Below are positions 48,766 through 58,740 of a DNA stretch of 64,000 bases, one piece after another; the first letter of the stretch is position 1, and every line of letters begins with the position of its first letter. The notes below the pieces were generated by a model. The model was not told where the DNA came from. It did no database searches and saw nothing but the letters and a program-made list of their open reading frames with translations. Source of the stretch: Candidatus Bathyarchaeia archaeon (GTDB lineage Archaea; Thermoproteota; Bathyarchaeia; Bathyarchaeales; Bathycorpusculaceae); assembly GCA_038848695.1 (NCBI GenBank), contig JAWCNL010000008.1, forward strand, positions 26,353 to 90,352, in the 5' to 3' direction. Position numbers and translations under genes: made by a program.

Positions 48766-49080
48766 ATGGACTTTGTTATCTTGTCATTAATCATGCTTGC
48801 TGTGAGCATTTACGGCTTGCTTACAAAACGTGACTTGCTAAAAGTGTTCGTATCAGTGGAGCTAATCGCCACGGCGGCAACACTAAATTTTGTGATGCTA
48901 ACGCCCTCAAGCAGCAGCTTAGGCCAAGCATTTCTGGTTTTAGCTTTCGCCACAGACACCGCCGTAGGCGCACTAGTATTAGCTTTACTTCTAATCGCCA
49001 GGAAGAAATATGGCACAAGCGACATTAGCGAAATAATGCGCATAGAACAAAACAAAAAGGAAGGAGAGCGTGAAGCGTAA
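48766..49080 (+). CDS. nuoK: NuoK/ND4L-like membrane subunit
   Basis: 104 aa with three TM helices and a conserved membrane Glu (SVELIATAA). Confidence 0.75.
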   Translation: MDFVILSLIMLAVSIYGLLTKRDLLKVFVSVELIATAATLNFVMLTPSSSSLGQAFLVLAFATDTAVGALVLALLLIARKKYGTSDISEIMRIEQNKKEGEREA

Positions 49081-51036
49081 TTGCTGCAGGATACTTCTTC
49101 GTGGCTTGTTTGGCTGCTTCCCCTGATTTCCAGCCTATTTGTGCCCTTAACCGCACGCTTAGGTGAAAAAGCGAGAAACTACTTCGTAGTTTTAATAAGC
49201 TTGGTTACTGCCGCATTAGCCTTCTCGCTGGTTCCATCCGTCTATTTTGGCGACGCTGAACCCTTAGGCTCATCCACAGCTTGGATTCCCTCTTCAGGCA
49301 TAGCCGCCGGCGTTTTCATCGACCCGCTGAGCGTGCTGTTCGCGGTTCTAGTCGCCTTCTTCGGAGTGATAATCGCTGTCTACTCCTTGGGCTACATGAA
49401 AGGCGAAGAAGGACTAACACGCTACTACTTCTTCCTCCTGCTCTTCATAGGCTCAATGATTGGCCTCGTGGTCTCCGACAATTTCCTCCAAATGTTCATC
49501 TTCTGGGAGATGGTGGGTCTCTGCTCCTACTCACTGATCTCCTTTTGGTATAAGCGCCCAGAATCTGTCCGCGCAGGCGCCAAAGTTTTCCTCATGACAC
49601 GTATAGGCGACGTAAGCTTACTAGGCGCTATTGGGCTTCTTTACGGAAGCTTGGGCTCATTTTCCTTCAGATACGCCATCGCCAACATAGGAACAATACC
49701 AACGCCTACCCTAACCGCAATAGCGTTTCTAACACTTGGCGGCGCCATCGCCAAATCTGCGCAGCTTCCGCTGCATACATGGCTATACAGCGCCATGGAA
49801 GCGCCTACATCCGTTAGCGCGTTGCTGCATGCCGCAACCATGGTTAAGGCAGGCATCTATTTAATCGCAAGATTAATCCTCATTTTTGGGCCATTAGCTT
49901 TTTCCATCCCCATGTGGCTGCCCACGGTCGCTTGGGTCGGCGTCTTAACCGCTTTTATCGGCGCAACACTGGCTTTATACACTCCCGACATCAAAGGCGT
50001 GTTAGCCTACTCAACCATCAGCCAATTAGGTTTCATGATGGCAGCGCTGGGCACAGTCTCTTCGCACTCAGAGCTGGGCTTGTTCGCCAGCCTATTCCAC
50101 ATGATGAGCCACGCTTTCTTCGAGGGCTTAGGCTTCCTATTGGCAGGAGGCATAATCCACGCGCTTGGAACACGTGATATGAGGCTGATGGGCGGTTTGA
50201 GAAAAGCCATGCCGATAACTTTTGGGTTGAGCCTAATAATGGTTTTAACAACCAGCGGACTGCCGCCTTTCGCTGCCTTCTTCAGCAAAGGGCTCATCAT
50301 AACAAGCTTGACAGAAGCCGGCAACATCTGGCAGGTTATTTTAATCTACGCCACCACAGCTCTCACGTTTACTTACAGTCTAAGGTTCATGACGCTTGTC
50401 TTCATGGGCAAGGAGTCCGAACACTTGAAGACTCTTCATGTGCATGAAGCGCCGAAAATAATGCTGTTTCCCGCGGCTGTGCTTGCTGTTCTATGTGTTG
50501 TTTGGGGCTTCTTTGAGCCTTGGCTGACAAGCTTTATGCACGTGGAAGCTGAAGCGAGTCTGCTGGGTGCCTTTCTCAGTTTGGAAACCCCAATTTTCTT
50601 CGCCATTCTCGCTCCCGCTGGCTTAATTATATATCTAACTTACTACAAGAATTCAGAGATTATGAGTAAATTCCGAAGCAGCTCAAATCCTCTAAAATCT
50701 GTCCTGAACCATGGCTACTTCTTCGACGACCTTTACGAGAAGATTACCGCTAAAGCTATTGTACGCTTCTCAAGCGGCGTACATTACGTCGAAACATTCA
50801 TTTTCAACAAATTACCGCAGATAGTTGCGTGGTCAGTTATTGTTTTGGCGAATGCGGTTCATCGGTACCTTGATGTTTTGGTGGATAACTTGCTTACACT
50901 TATTGCGCTTCGTACATTGCGTGGTGCCGAGCACATGAGGAAGGTGCCTGCGTCGTCTCTGCAGCATTATATCGCTGCTGCGTTGCTTGGTTTTATATTA
51001 ATTATAATATTGATAATAGCTACCATAGGAGTATAG
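49081..51036 (+). CDS. nuoL: NuoL/ND5-like antiporter-type subunit
   Basis: 651 aa with WEMVGLCSY, SAQLPLHTWL and a long C-terminal extension. TTG start. Confidence 0.9.
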   Translation: MLQDTSSWLVWLLPLISSLFVPLTARLGEKARNYFVVLISLVTAALAFSLVPSVYFGDAEPLGSSTAWIPSSGIAAGVFIDPLSVLFAVLVAFFGVIIAVYSLGYMKGEEGLTRYYFFLLLFIGSMIGLVVSDNFLQMFIFWEMVGLCSYSLISFWYKRPESVRAGAKVFLMTRIGDVSLLGAIGLLYGSLGSFSFRYAIANIGTIPTPTLTAIAFLTLGGAIAKSAQLPLHTWLYSAMEAPTSVSALLHAATMVKAGIYLIARLILIFGPLAFSIPMWLPTVAWVGVLTAFIGATLALYTPDIKGVLAYSTISQLGFMMAALGTVSSHSELGLFASLFHMMSHAFFEGLGFLLAGGIIHALGTRDMRLMGGLRKAMPITFGLSLIMVLTTSGLPPFAAFFSKGLIITSLTEAGNIWQVILIYATTALTFTYSLRFMTLVFMGKESEHLKTLHVHEAPKIMLFPAAVLAVLCVVWGFFEPWLTSFMHVEAEASLLGAFLSLETPIFFAILAPAGLIIYLTYYKNSEIMSKFRSSSNPLKSVLNHGYFFDDLYEKITAKAIVRFSSGVHYVETFIFNKLPQIVAWSVIVLANAVHRYLDVLVDNLLTLIALRTLRGAEHMRKVPASSLQHYIAAALLGFILIIILIIATIGV

Positions 51037-51040
51037 AAAA

Positions 51041-52552
51041 ATGCCATACACGCTGTTATCAGTTTTCCTTATACCAACTTTGAGTGTTCCTTTTGTTTAT
51101 TTGAGCGGCAAGAAGTCTCCACGTTTAGCCGCAGTGCTTGTTGCCCTGATAGCACTCGCCAACATCGTCTTGATTCTATCTACTGTTCCCACCGTGCTTG
51201 ATAGTCCAAATCACGAGTACATCGAATCCTATTATTGGATTCCAGTGTTAGAGTCCGAATTCACCCTTTTCGTTGACGGCATCAGCATATCCTTAGCAGT
51301 TATCACGTTGGTTCTCATAATAGCCGCCGCGCTTTTCTCTATAAACTATATGGAAGGAAAAAAGAACTTAGCGGTTTATTACGCGCTTTTGACGCTACTT
51401 TCTGTCGGCCTTGTAGGCGTCTTCATAACTTCTAATCTTCTGCTTTTCTATTTCTGCTGGGAACTAATGCTGGTTCCGGCGTATTTCATAATTGGCGGCT
51501 GGGGCTACAGAGACCCATATCAAGCTGCATTCAAATTCTTCGTGTTCACACATGCAGGTGCAGTCTTTGTCGTACTAGGCATAGGCGCCATCTACATGAT
51601 AACAGGCGCCACGGACATGTTCCAAGCGCAGGCCGCGCTAATGGCGGCTAGTCCTGACCTTGTGCGGTGGATACTGCTTGCTTTAACTGCCGGTTTTGCA
51701 GTTAAAATGGCCGTTGTCCCAGTGCACATGTGGCTGCCCGATGCCCACTCTGAGGCGCCGTCGCCTATGTCGGCGCTTCTAAGCGGTGTTATAATCAGCG
51801 CGGGTGCCTACGCTATTCTGCGTTTGTCGTTGGCAACTGTCTTCCCAGCGGTTATGGGCACCACCTTCGGCAGCGATTTCCTGCATGGCTTGGCAATTTT
51901 CGGCGTGGTTTCGGCCTTTTTCGGCTCGCTTATCGCCTTGGTTGAAACCGACATAAAACGGATAATTGCTTACTCAAGCATTGCGCACATGGGCTACGTG
52001 CTGTTTGGACTTTCGCTCTTTCCTTCCTCTTCCACCGCTGGAACAGTGGCAATCACAACGGCTATAACTGGAACAGTGCTACACCTTGTAAATCACGCAG
52101 TAAGCAAAGGGCTGCTCTTCCTTTCCGCCGGCGCCATCATGCATCAAACAGAAACAAGAGACATACGTGAAATGGGCGGGCTTGCAGGCAAAATGCCCTT
52201 CACCGCCACCGCTTCAACCACTGCCGCGTTAAGCATTGCTGGAACGCCTCCATTCGCATGCTTCATAAGCGAATTTCTAATGTTCGTAGGCGCCTTTGAA
52301 GTGATAAACGCTGATGGCTTCTATCTTCTGCCAACAGCCTTCATGCTCATAGCCACAGTCATTTCACTTGCTTACTCGCTAAGGTATCTGTCCCATGTCT
52401 TCCTCGGACAAACAAAAAATGAAGCCAAAAAGATTCTAGATGTTCCCGGCTACATGAAGCTGGCAATGGCTATTCTGGTGATTCTTGTGATTGCTCTCGG
52501 CATTTGGCCCACATTCTTCATAAACCTGATTAACACCGTGCAATTCGTTTGA
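51041..52552 (+). CDS. nuoM: NuoM/ND4-like antiporter-type subunit
   Basis: 503 aa with FYFCWELMLVP, VPVHMWLPDAHSEAP and YSSIAHMGY. Confidence 0.9.
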   Translation: MPYTLLSVFLIPTLSVPFVYLSGKKSPRLAAVLVALIALANIVLILSTVPTVLDSPNHEYIESYYWIPVLESEFTLFVDGISISLAVITLVLIIAAALFSINYMEGKKNLAVYYALLTLLSVGLVGVFITSNLLLFYFCWELMLVPAYFIIGGWGYRDPYQAAFKFFVFTHAGAVFVVLGIGAIYMITGATDMFQAQAALMAASPDLVRWILLALTAGFAVKMAVVPVHMWLPDAHSEAPSPMSALLSGVIISAGAYAILRLSLATVFPAVMGTTFGSDFLHGLAIFGVVSAFFGSLIALVETDIKRIIAYSSIAHMGYVLFGLSLFPSSSTAGTVAITTAITGTVLHLVNHAVSKGLLFLSAGAIMHQTETRDIREMGGLAGKMPFTATASTTAALSIAGTPPFACFISEFLMFVGAFEVINADGFYLLPTAFMLIATVISLAYSLRYLSHVFLGQTKNEAKKILDVPGYMKLAMAILVILVIALGIWPTFFINLINTVQFV

Positions 52553-54057
52553 GGCGTACCTTTATGGTTGAGCTGTATGATGTTGTTTTGCCAATAATCA
52601 GCTTGATTACTTTCGCGTTACTCACAATCCCAGTTTTCAAGATTATCCGTAAAAGTGCGCACAAAACTGCTTGGATTCTAGCTTGGTTCTCAACCGCCTT
52701 CATCTTCTCAGGGGTTGCTGTGGCTAATTTAACAGCCAAATATTACAGTCTACCCTCGCCACAACCCTTCCTCAACATCACGCTAACAGACACGCCGTTG
52801 GCTGTGCTCTCAAGCGCATTCATGATAGATGCCATATCAGTTTACATGGCAATAATATTTACCTCCGTCAGCGCCATTATCATGCTCTACAGCATCTTCT
52901 ACCTAAACTCAGACGAGCGCCCAGCTGAAAGATACTATGCAATTATGCTAATGCTTACTGCTGCTTTAATAGGCACAGCGTTTTCCGGCGACCTCCTAAC
53001 ACTCTTCATCTTCTGGGAAGCCGCTGCCGCAGGCTCAGGTTTCCTAATGATTTATAGAAAAACGCCTGAATCCATGAATTCCACACTAAAATATCTCGTA
53101 ATGATAATCATCGCTTCAGCATTCATCGTTTTCGGGCTTTCGCTTGTTTACAGTTTAACAGGCACATTGAATTTCTGGGCTGTCCGCGAAGCGCTAATCG
53201 CTTTAAGCGACAAGCACCTGCTTGTGCTTGCCTTCATTTTTATAGCAACAGGCTACGCTATTGAATCCGCGATTGTGCCTTTCCACTTTTGGCTGCCCGA
53301 CGCTTATGCATCAGCCCCGTCATCGTCAGCGGCTTTCCTTTCAGCTTTAATCGATCAAGGCAGCTACTATGTTCTGATACGTGTTCTCGTGTTCATTCTA
53401 ACCCCGCCAGAAGTGCTCAATTGGACGTTTATGCTGGCCGTGATGGCTGCGTTAACCATGGTTGTAGGCAATTTGTTCGCGCTAATTCAGAACGACGTAA
53501 AACGCTTGATAGCCAACATCTGCGTGGCCGATGTCGGCTACAACTTAATAGGCATAACCAGCGTAACAGCGCTCGGCTTGACAGGCAACCTCTATTTCTT
53601 TCTAATTGGCGGAATCACTACAGCGTTATCTTTCATGGTAGTAGGCATAGCTAACCATTACGGTTTCAAAACACTAGAAGATTTTTCTGGCTTAGGCAGA
53701 AAAATGCCTCTTCTAAGCTTAGCCCTGCTAATAGCTTGCCTCTCTTTCGCAGGAGTCCCGCCTTTCGGCGGCTTCATGGCTAAATATTTAGTTTTCACCG
53801 CCGCAATAGAAGCGAACCTGAGCTGGTTAGCAGTCATAGGCGTCTTAACAAGCGTTCTCCAAGTAGCATACTTACTGCGACTCGTGAATTACATGTACGC
53901 GAGAAATCCCAAAGACGAACGCATAATCAAAGAACCAAAAAAGCTACTTATTCCCATCTTCGTTCTTGCAGCTGCCATAATACTCCTCGGACTATATCCA
54001 CAAGTAGTCTTCAACTTCATCGATCCCGTGATAAACCAGCTCCAGTTCATACGTTGA
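52549..54057 (+). CDS. nuoN: NuoN/ND2-like antiporter-type subunit
   Basis: 502 aa with FIFWEAAAA and VPFHFWLPDAYASAP. Last gene of the operon. Confidence 0.85.
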   Translation: MRRTFMVELYDVVLPIISLITFALLTIPVFKIIRKSAHKTAWILAWFSTAFIFSGVAVANLTAKYYSLPSPQPFLNITLTDTPLAVLSSAFMIDAISVYMAIIFTSVSAIIMLYSIFYLNSDERPAERYYAIMLMLTAALIGTAFSGDLLTLFIFWEAAAAGSGFLMIYRKTPESMNSTLKYLVMIIIASAFIVFGLSLVYSLTGTLNFWAVREALIALSDKHLLVLAFIFIATGYAIESAIVPFHFWLPDAYASAPSSSAAFLSALIDQGSYYVLIRVLVFILTPPEVLNWTFMLAVMAALTMVVGNLFALIQNDVKRLIANICVADVGYNLIGITSVTALGLTGNLYFFLIGGITTALSFMVVGIANHYGFKTLEDFSGLGRKMPLLSLALLIACLSFAGVPPFGGFMAKYLVFTAAIEANLSWLAVIGVLTSVLQVAYLLRLVNYMYARNPKDERIIKEPKKLLIPIFVLAAAIILLGLYPQVVFNFIDPVINQLQFIR

Positions 54058-54130
54058 CCCTTAAAATCATGAAGACACCCTGCAGAAAAGTATATTTTAT
54101 CAGCGATATTGGCGCCGGCAGTGTGCACCG

Positions 54131-54157
54131 CCCTTTTGGGTGTAAATCCCTTCCTCC
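54131..54157 (+). repeat. 27-nt copy of the tRNA-Ser trailer sequence
   Basis: cccttttgggtgtaaatcccttcctcc matches 7929-7955 (ccctttcgggtaaaaatcccttccttc) at 23/27 ungapped positions. Both contain aatcccttcc, which is also the tRNA-Ser T-arm 3' strand. Confidence 0.55.
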
Positions 54158-54435
54158 GCCTCATCTAAACCAAACTTGGAGACGGAGTCCATAACAACCA
54201 CGAGCATTAACTAAGCACGGTCATTAGCTAAAAAGTTTGTGGATCAACAAGAATACAGGGCGGAAGTTCAACAGTATTCTTAAGCTATGGGGTCGTGCAT
54301 GTTAATCTTTAGGCGTCATTAGTTTCGCTTCTGATATAGTCGCAAATCTTTGTTTTGGCAAATCTTAAATGCACAAATAATTGCTATGTTTTTGTCAGCG
54401 CTTAAGTAACATCCCATTTAACGGGAGTTGAGCTA

Positions 54436-55236
54436 GTGCCTGTTGAGATTGGTTTAGAGATGTATGCGGAGAAGCCTGTGGTTTTGCCGTTGTTTACAGG
54501 ATATGTGGCGCGTGGCTTGTTGTTGCATGCTGTTAGGCGGATAGATCCTGCCACGTCTGAGCTGCTGCATGAGTTGAATGTGCGTAAACCTTACAGTGTA
54601 ACGCCTATGCGGTTCAAGAGTAAGCAACGTGCTGAAAACGGTTATGAGTTGGATCCGCACGCCCCTTGCTTTGTGAGTTTTAGGTTTTTGCGGGATGAAT
54701 ATAGCATGTTTATTCTTAATTACTTTCAGAAAGAGAGTAGTGTGTTGGTTTTTGACACGGTTTTTCGGGTTGCTTCTTTAAGCGTAAATTGTAAGAGTTA
54801 CGTGGATTTGGAGAATGAAGCGCAAGCGGCTGACAGGTTTAGGCTGGTGTTTAGGACGCCTACTTACTTTGCGAGTTTGGGAAGCAGTTTTCGTTGGATG
54901 TTTCCTGATGCTGTTAAGGTGTTTGCGGGTTTAATGCGTGTTTGGAACCTGTTCAGTGACAGTAGACGATTTGGCAAAGAAGAGTACTTAGCCTATAAAG
55001 AATGGCTGGAGAAGAATGTGGGCGTGTGCGAGTATGATTTGCATACGCGGTTAGCCGTTATGAGAAAAAAGAAAGCCACAGGATTTGTTGGGTGGGTCAC
55101 GTATGAAATGAAAGATACAGAAAGCGAATGGAATAGGATAACGTGTATGTTGGCACGATATGCGGAGTACTCGAATGTGGGTGGGAACCGCACATGCGGA
55201 TTTGGCATAGTGCGTATGTTACCTTACAAAACGTGA
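54436..55236 (+). CDS. cas6: Cas6 CRISPR RNA endoribonuclease
   Basis: 266 aa with a C-terminal glycine-rich loop (GGNRTCGFGIV) and an N-terminal ferredoxin-like fold pattern. First gene of the cas cluster. GTG start. Confidence 0.8.
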   Translation: MPVEIGLEMYAEKPVVLPLFTGYVARGLLLHAVRRIDPATSELLHELNVRKPYSVTPMRFKSKQRAENGYELDPHAPCFVSFRFLRDEYSMFILNYFQKESSVLVFDTVFRVASLSVNCKSYVDLENEAQAADRFRLVFRTPTYFASLGSSFRWMFPDAVKVFAGLMRVWNLFSDSRRFGKEEYLAYKEWLEKNVGVCEYDLHTRLAVMRKKKATGFVGWVTYEMKDTESEWNRITCMLARYAEYSNVGGNRTCGFGIVRMLPYKT

Positions 55237-55400
55237 AAAGCAATTGCTGATGTTGGTGTATAGGTTTTCTCTATTTATACGGTAAATTTACAGTTAGCTG
55301 AGCTCTTTAATGATAGTGGAAACCGTATCGAAGAACCTGAAAAGTGATAATAAGAATTAAAAACAGTAGTCGCAAATAACCAAAGAGTAGGGATTGGTGA

Positions 55401-57650
55401 TTGAATAGATTTGCTGATAGTTTCTCGGTAGAAGAAATATTTAAGGTAGCACTGGAAGGAGGACAACCGTATCCGCATCAATTAGAAACTGTAAAAAGCA
55501 TCGCTGATGGAAAATCGGTTGTTTTGCGTGCTCCTTGTGGTTCAGGAAAAACAGAAGCTTGCTATATATCTTTGTTAGCCATGAGCAAAGCAGAGGATTT
55601 TCCATTTAGACTGATCTACTCATTGCCTACAAGGGCTTTAGTTGAAGACGTATGTTATCGTATCAACAGAGGCATCAAGAAGTTGGGCTCTCCTTTGACA
55701 GTTTCACCTCAACATGGTGCAAATTCCATGGATCCTTTTTTAAGAAGCGAAATTGTTGTGGCAACAATAGATCAAACAGTGGGCGCGTATTGTTGCACTC
55801 CGCTGAGTCTTCCAGTTCACCAAGGGAATATTCCTGCGGGCGCTGTGGTTTCTTCATTTTTGTGCTTTGATGAGGTTCATGTTTACGATCACCGTTTAGG
55901 TTTGCAAAGTGCCATCGTTCTAATTGAGCATGTAGTGAATTTAGGCTTACCTTTCATTGTTATGTCCGCTACGTTGCCTGATTCCTTTATTGACTGGTTT
56001 GAAAATAACGAAAAATTTGCTGATAAAGTAAAGATCGTCAAGGCAAGCGACGATGATGTGCCAAAACGTCATAATCGACAAGTCACATTGCATTGGCGAA
56101 GCAAGATTCTTGAGGCAAAAGACATTATAAATTCTGCCAAATCGTTTAATCGAATAATAGTGGCGTGCAATACTGTTGATCGCGCACAAGCGCTTTTCCA
56201 ATGCATCAAAAAAGAATTAAGTTTGGCGCATTTTAAAGTTTTTTTGCTGCATTCCCGATTTCTGGAAGACGATAGAGCACGTATAGAACAAATGATGAAA
56301 GCTTCTATAGAAAAGCAAGGTGAAAAAACATGTGTTGTCACAACGCAAGTATGTGAAGTTGGGTTGGACATTTCATGTGATTTGTTGTTGACGGAATTGG
56401 CGCCTCCGGATGCGCTTGTTCAAAGAATTGGGAGATGTGCCCGTAAAGGTGGTCAAGGCAGAGTTGAAGTATTTGATGTTGAATGCTCCGCACCTTATGA
56501 AGAAGGCGAACTAAAAAATTGCAGAGATTACATATGCAGCAACTTAGATGGGAAAAAAATCGGTTGGAATGAGGAAATTGCCTTTGTTAATGAACTTTTG
56601 AGTAATGAATTTGAAAAAATTTTGCAAGATGAAAATTTAAGACGTAATTTGCGGTTTGCTCTCGGAAACTCTGCTTTCAAAGGTGATAGACGCGCAGTAG
56701 AACAGACTGTACGGGAAGTGTTTAGTGCAAATTTGACAATACATGAAGATCCATCTAAATTATCTTATAAAGAAATGTTGAATATGCCTTGGATTAATGT
56801 TCATGTGGGCGTTCTTAAGAAATTTTTGCCAAAAATATGGCATATTGAATTTGAGCATAACGAGTATGGAAAGTATGAATTACATGTAAAAAAGGCTAAT
56901 AAATTATATCCTTATGAATTCTACGTTATACACCCAGAGTGTGCGGAATACTCTCCTGAATTAGGTCTTATCCTCGGTTCAAAAGGTGAAAATCTCAAAA
57001 CCCAAACTCACGACCCTCTTCAAAACATGACATATGAATATCCTCAGGAATCCTGGGAGCAGCACGTAGAAAATTGTTTGAAAGCCTTTGATAAAATAAA
57101 AAGAGATGAGTTGCACTCTTTAAGGTTACTAGCGAAAGTGCTTAACAATGATTTGCGTAAAACTGAAGGATTAATTGCTCTGTGTCTAGCAATTCATGAT
57201 CTTGGTAAATTGAATATTGAATGGCAGCGAGAAATAGGAGTATATGGAAAAGATTCTGTCCCACTAGCACATATTCCTGAAAAGCCAAAAACGATACCTC
57301 ACGCCGCCGTTGCTGCCTATGCTGTACGGAAACTCTTTTATGAACTGATAGGAAACCAGCACTTTACCACTGCATTTGAACTTGCCGTAGCTCATCATCA
57401 TCACACTCGCGCTAGCGAAGTCCCAAGATATAACTTAGGATGGAAAAGCATCTATGAAAGAGTTTTGCTAAAAGTAATTAAGAAATATGACCTTCCGACA
57501 GAAATTTCTAAAAACATTATCACTGAAATTCCGTATGAAACTAAGCTTGATATACCTTTCCCTGATATTGAACGCAAAAAGCAATATGCAATATACTGTA
57601 TCGCATCTAGACTTACGAGAATGTGTGACCGGGCGTCTTTTGCTGTTTGA
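55401..57650 (+). CDS. cas3: Cas3 with an N-terminal SF2 helicase and a C-terminal HD nuclease (fused Cas3'-Cas3'' order)
   Basis: Walker A APCGSGKTEA, DExH-like FDEVH, motif VI QRIGRCARKG, then HD-domain motifs QHVENC, AIHDLGK, PHAAVAA and AVAHHHH in the last 190 aa or so. TTG start. Confidence 0.9.
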   Translation: MNRFADSFSVEEIFKVALEGGQPYPHQLETVKSIADGKSVVLRAPCGSGKTEACYISLLAMSKAEDFPFRLIYSLPTRALVEDVCYRINRGIKKLGSPLTVSPQHGANSMDPFLRSEIVVATIDQTVGAYCCTPLSLPVHQGNIPAGAVVSSFLCFDEVHVYDHRLGLQSAIVLIEHVVNLGLPFIVMSATLPDSFIDWFENNEKFADKVKIVKASDDDVPKRHNRQVTLHWRSKILEAKDIINSAKSFNRIIVACNTVDRAQALFQCIKKELSLAHFKVFLLHSRFLEDDRARIEQMMKASIEKQGEKTCVVTTQVCEVGLDISCDLLLTELAPPDALVQRIGRCARKGGQGRVEVFDVECSAPYEEGELKNCRDYICSNLDGKKIGWNEEIAFVNELLSNEFEKILQDENLRRNLRFALGNSAFKGDRRAVEQTVREVFSANLTIHEDPSKLSYKEMLNMPWINVHVGVLKKFLPKIWHIEFEHNEYGKYELHVKKANKLYPYEFYVIHPECAEYSPELGLILGSKGENLKTQTHDPLQNMTYEYPQESWEQHVENCLKAFDKIKRDELHSLRLLAKVLNNDLRKTEGLIALCLAIHDLGKLNIEWQREIGVYGKDSVPLAHIPEKPKTIPHAAVAAYAVRKLFYELIGNQHFTTAFELAVAHHHHTRASEVPRYNLGWKSIYERVLLKVIKKYDLPTEISKNIITEIPYETKLDIPFPDIERKKQYAIYCIASRLTRMCDRASFAV

Positions 57651-57696
57651 TCCACAGCACAAATTTTATAAAAAAAGTAGTATAACTAATGGTTGT

Positions 57697-58740
57697 ATGT
57701 GTATAACGAAATTCATTGTAAACAAGTCTTCTTTTGAAATGCTCGATACTTTTAGGGCTTACGGTCTGGCGTTTCTTGTTAGCGGGTTAAGTGAAGAAGA
57801 CACGGAGGTAACAATTAAAGATCAAGGATATGCGTATTTTATAGAAGTAAATGGATCCATACCAAATGAACCTGACCCATCATTATTTGTGGATAGAAAA
57901 GAATGGAACTTGATCTTTAGGACATACAAAGAACGAAAGGATTCTAAGAAAGACCCGCCAAAAAAAGAGGTAGAAAAAATTGTTACTGAAAAGTTTCCCC
58001 AGATTTTATCAATTCACCAAGATCCAACTTTTATGCCTGAGATTAGTGGAGACATAAAAGATGGCAAAACACTCTACCAAACCTTAGATATAGCATGTGC
58101 AAAAGGTTATCGTGAATCAAAAAGAGATGTCTATCATGATGGAACGCAGCTTGAGATGGATCGTTATTCATGGGCAGTTACGTGCATTGGAGCAGCTTGG
58201 GCAAGCGTTTGGAAAGAAACAGAATCGTTTATTCTTTTTATGACTCCTAATCCGTCGAGCATTCTTTTAGGTTCTCATAGGGCTATTCAAAAAGATTTAG
58301 ATGAAAGAATATGCCCGCTGTCGCCTAACACTGCACTTGTTCATTATGCCATAAAAATTGCTTTACTTATAGCTAAAAAGCGACTATCTCATACCATCCG
58401 ATATGACAGCGTAATTTTTAATATCATGCAGAAAACAGGACAGCAACCTAAACCTGCCGGTGGGGGAAGATACGGACTCGATATACTCGAAAAACTTGCG
58501 AGCACTCCTGCTGGGATAGCCGCTTTGAGTCGTATTGAAAAAATGTTTCCTCTGTCGTCTAAGGTTAATGGAGTAAAGCAGTCTGTTACGTTCGCCTTAA
58601 CAAATTTCTTGCTGCGCCCAACTTTAACGAATTTTCGAACTTTTGAAAGCTTATATATTCGTGGTCAAGTTAAAGGAGAATTATACCCTTGGGACAAGAA
58701 TCAATTAGGGGAGCTGTTAAAGTATGTCGAAGCTGCATGA
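57697..58740 (+). CDS. Putative Cascade large subunit (Cas8a-like), highly divergent
   Basis: Called only from its position between cas3 and a small-subunit-like gene and from its size (about 347 aa from ATG 57697; the ORF is open from 57487, overlapping cas3). No recognisable motifs. Confidence 0.45.
   Translation: MCITKFIVNKSSFEMLDTFRAYGLAFLVSGLSEEDTEVTIKDQGYAYFIEVNGSIPNEPDPSLFVDRKEWNLIFRTYKERKDSKKDPPKKEVEKIVTEKFPQILSIHQDPTFMPEISGDIKDGKTLYQTLDIACAKGYRESKRDVYHDGTQLEMDRYSWAVTCIGAAWASVWKETESFILFMTPNPSSILLGSHRAIQKDLDERICPLSPNTALVHYAIKIALLIAKKRLSHTIRYDSVIFNIMQKTGQQPKPAGGGRYGLDILEKLASTPAGIAALSRIEKMFPLSSKVNGVKQSVTFALTNFLLRPTLTNFRTFESLYIRGQVKGELYPWDKNQLGELLKYVEAA

Noticed and set aside
7929-54157. 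I considered whether the 46 kb between the two 27-nt repeats is one integrated element.
   Set aside because: The interval contains core genes (ribosomal proteins, mcm, gins, gdhA, ahcY, the nuo-like operon). That is incompatible with a mobile island.
54058-54435. I looked for a CRISPR array or leader in the spacer before cas6, and also in 55237-55400.
   Set aside because: No direct repeats of 24-40 nt are visible. The only repeat is the single 27-nt tRNA-Ser-trailer-like sequence.
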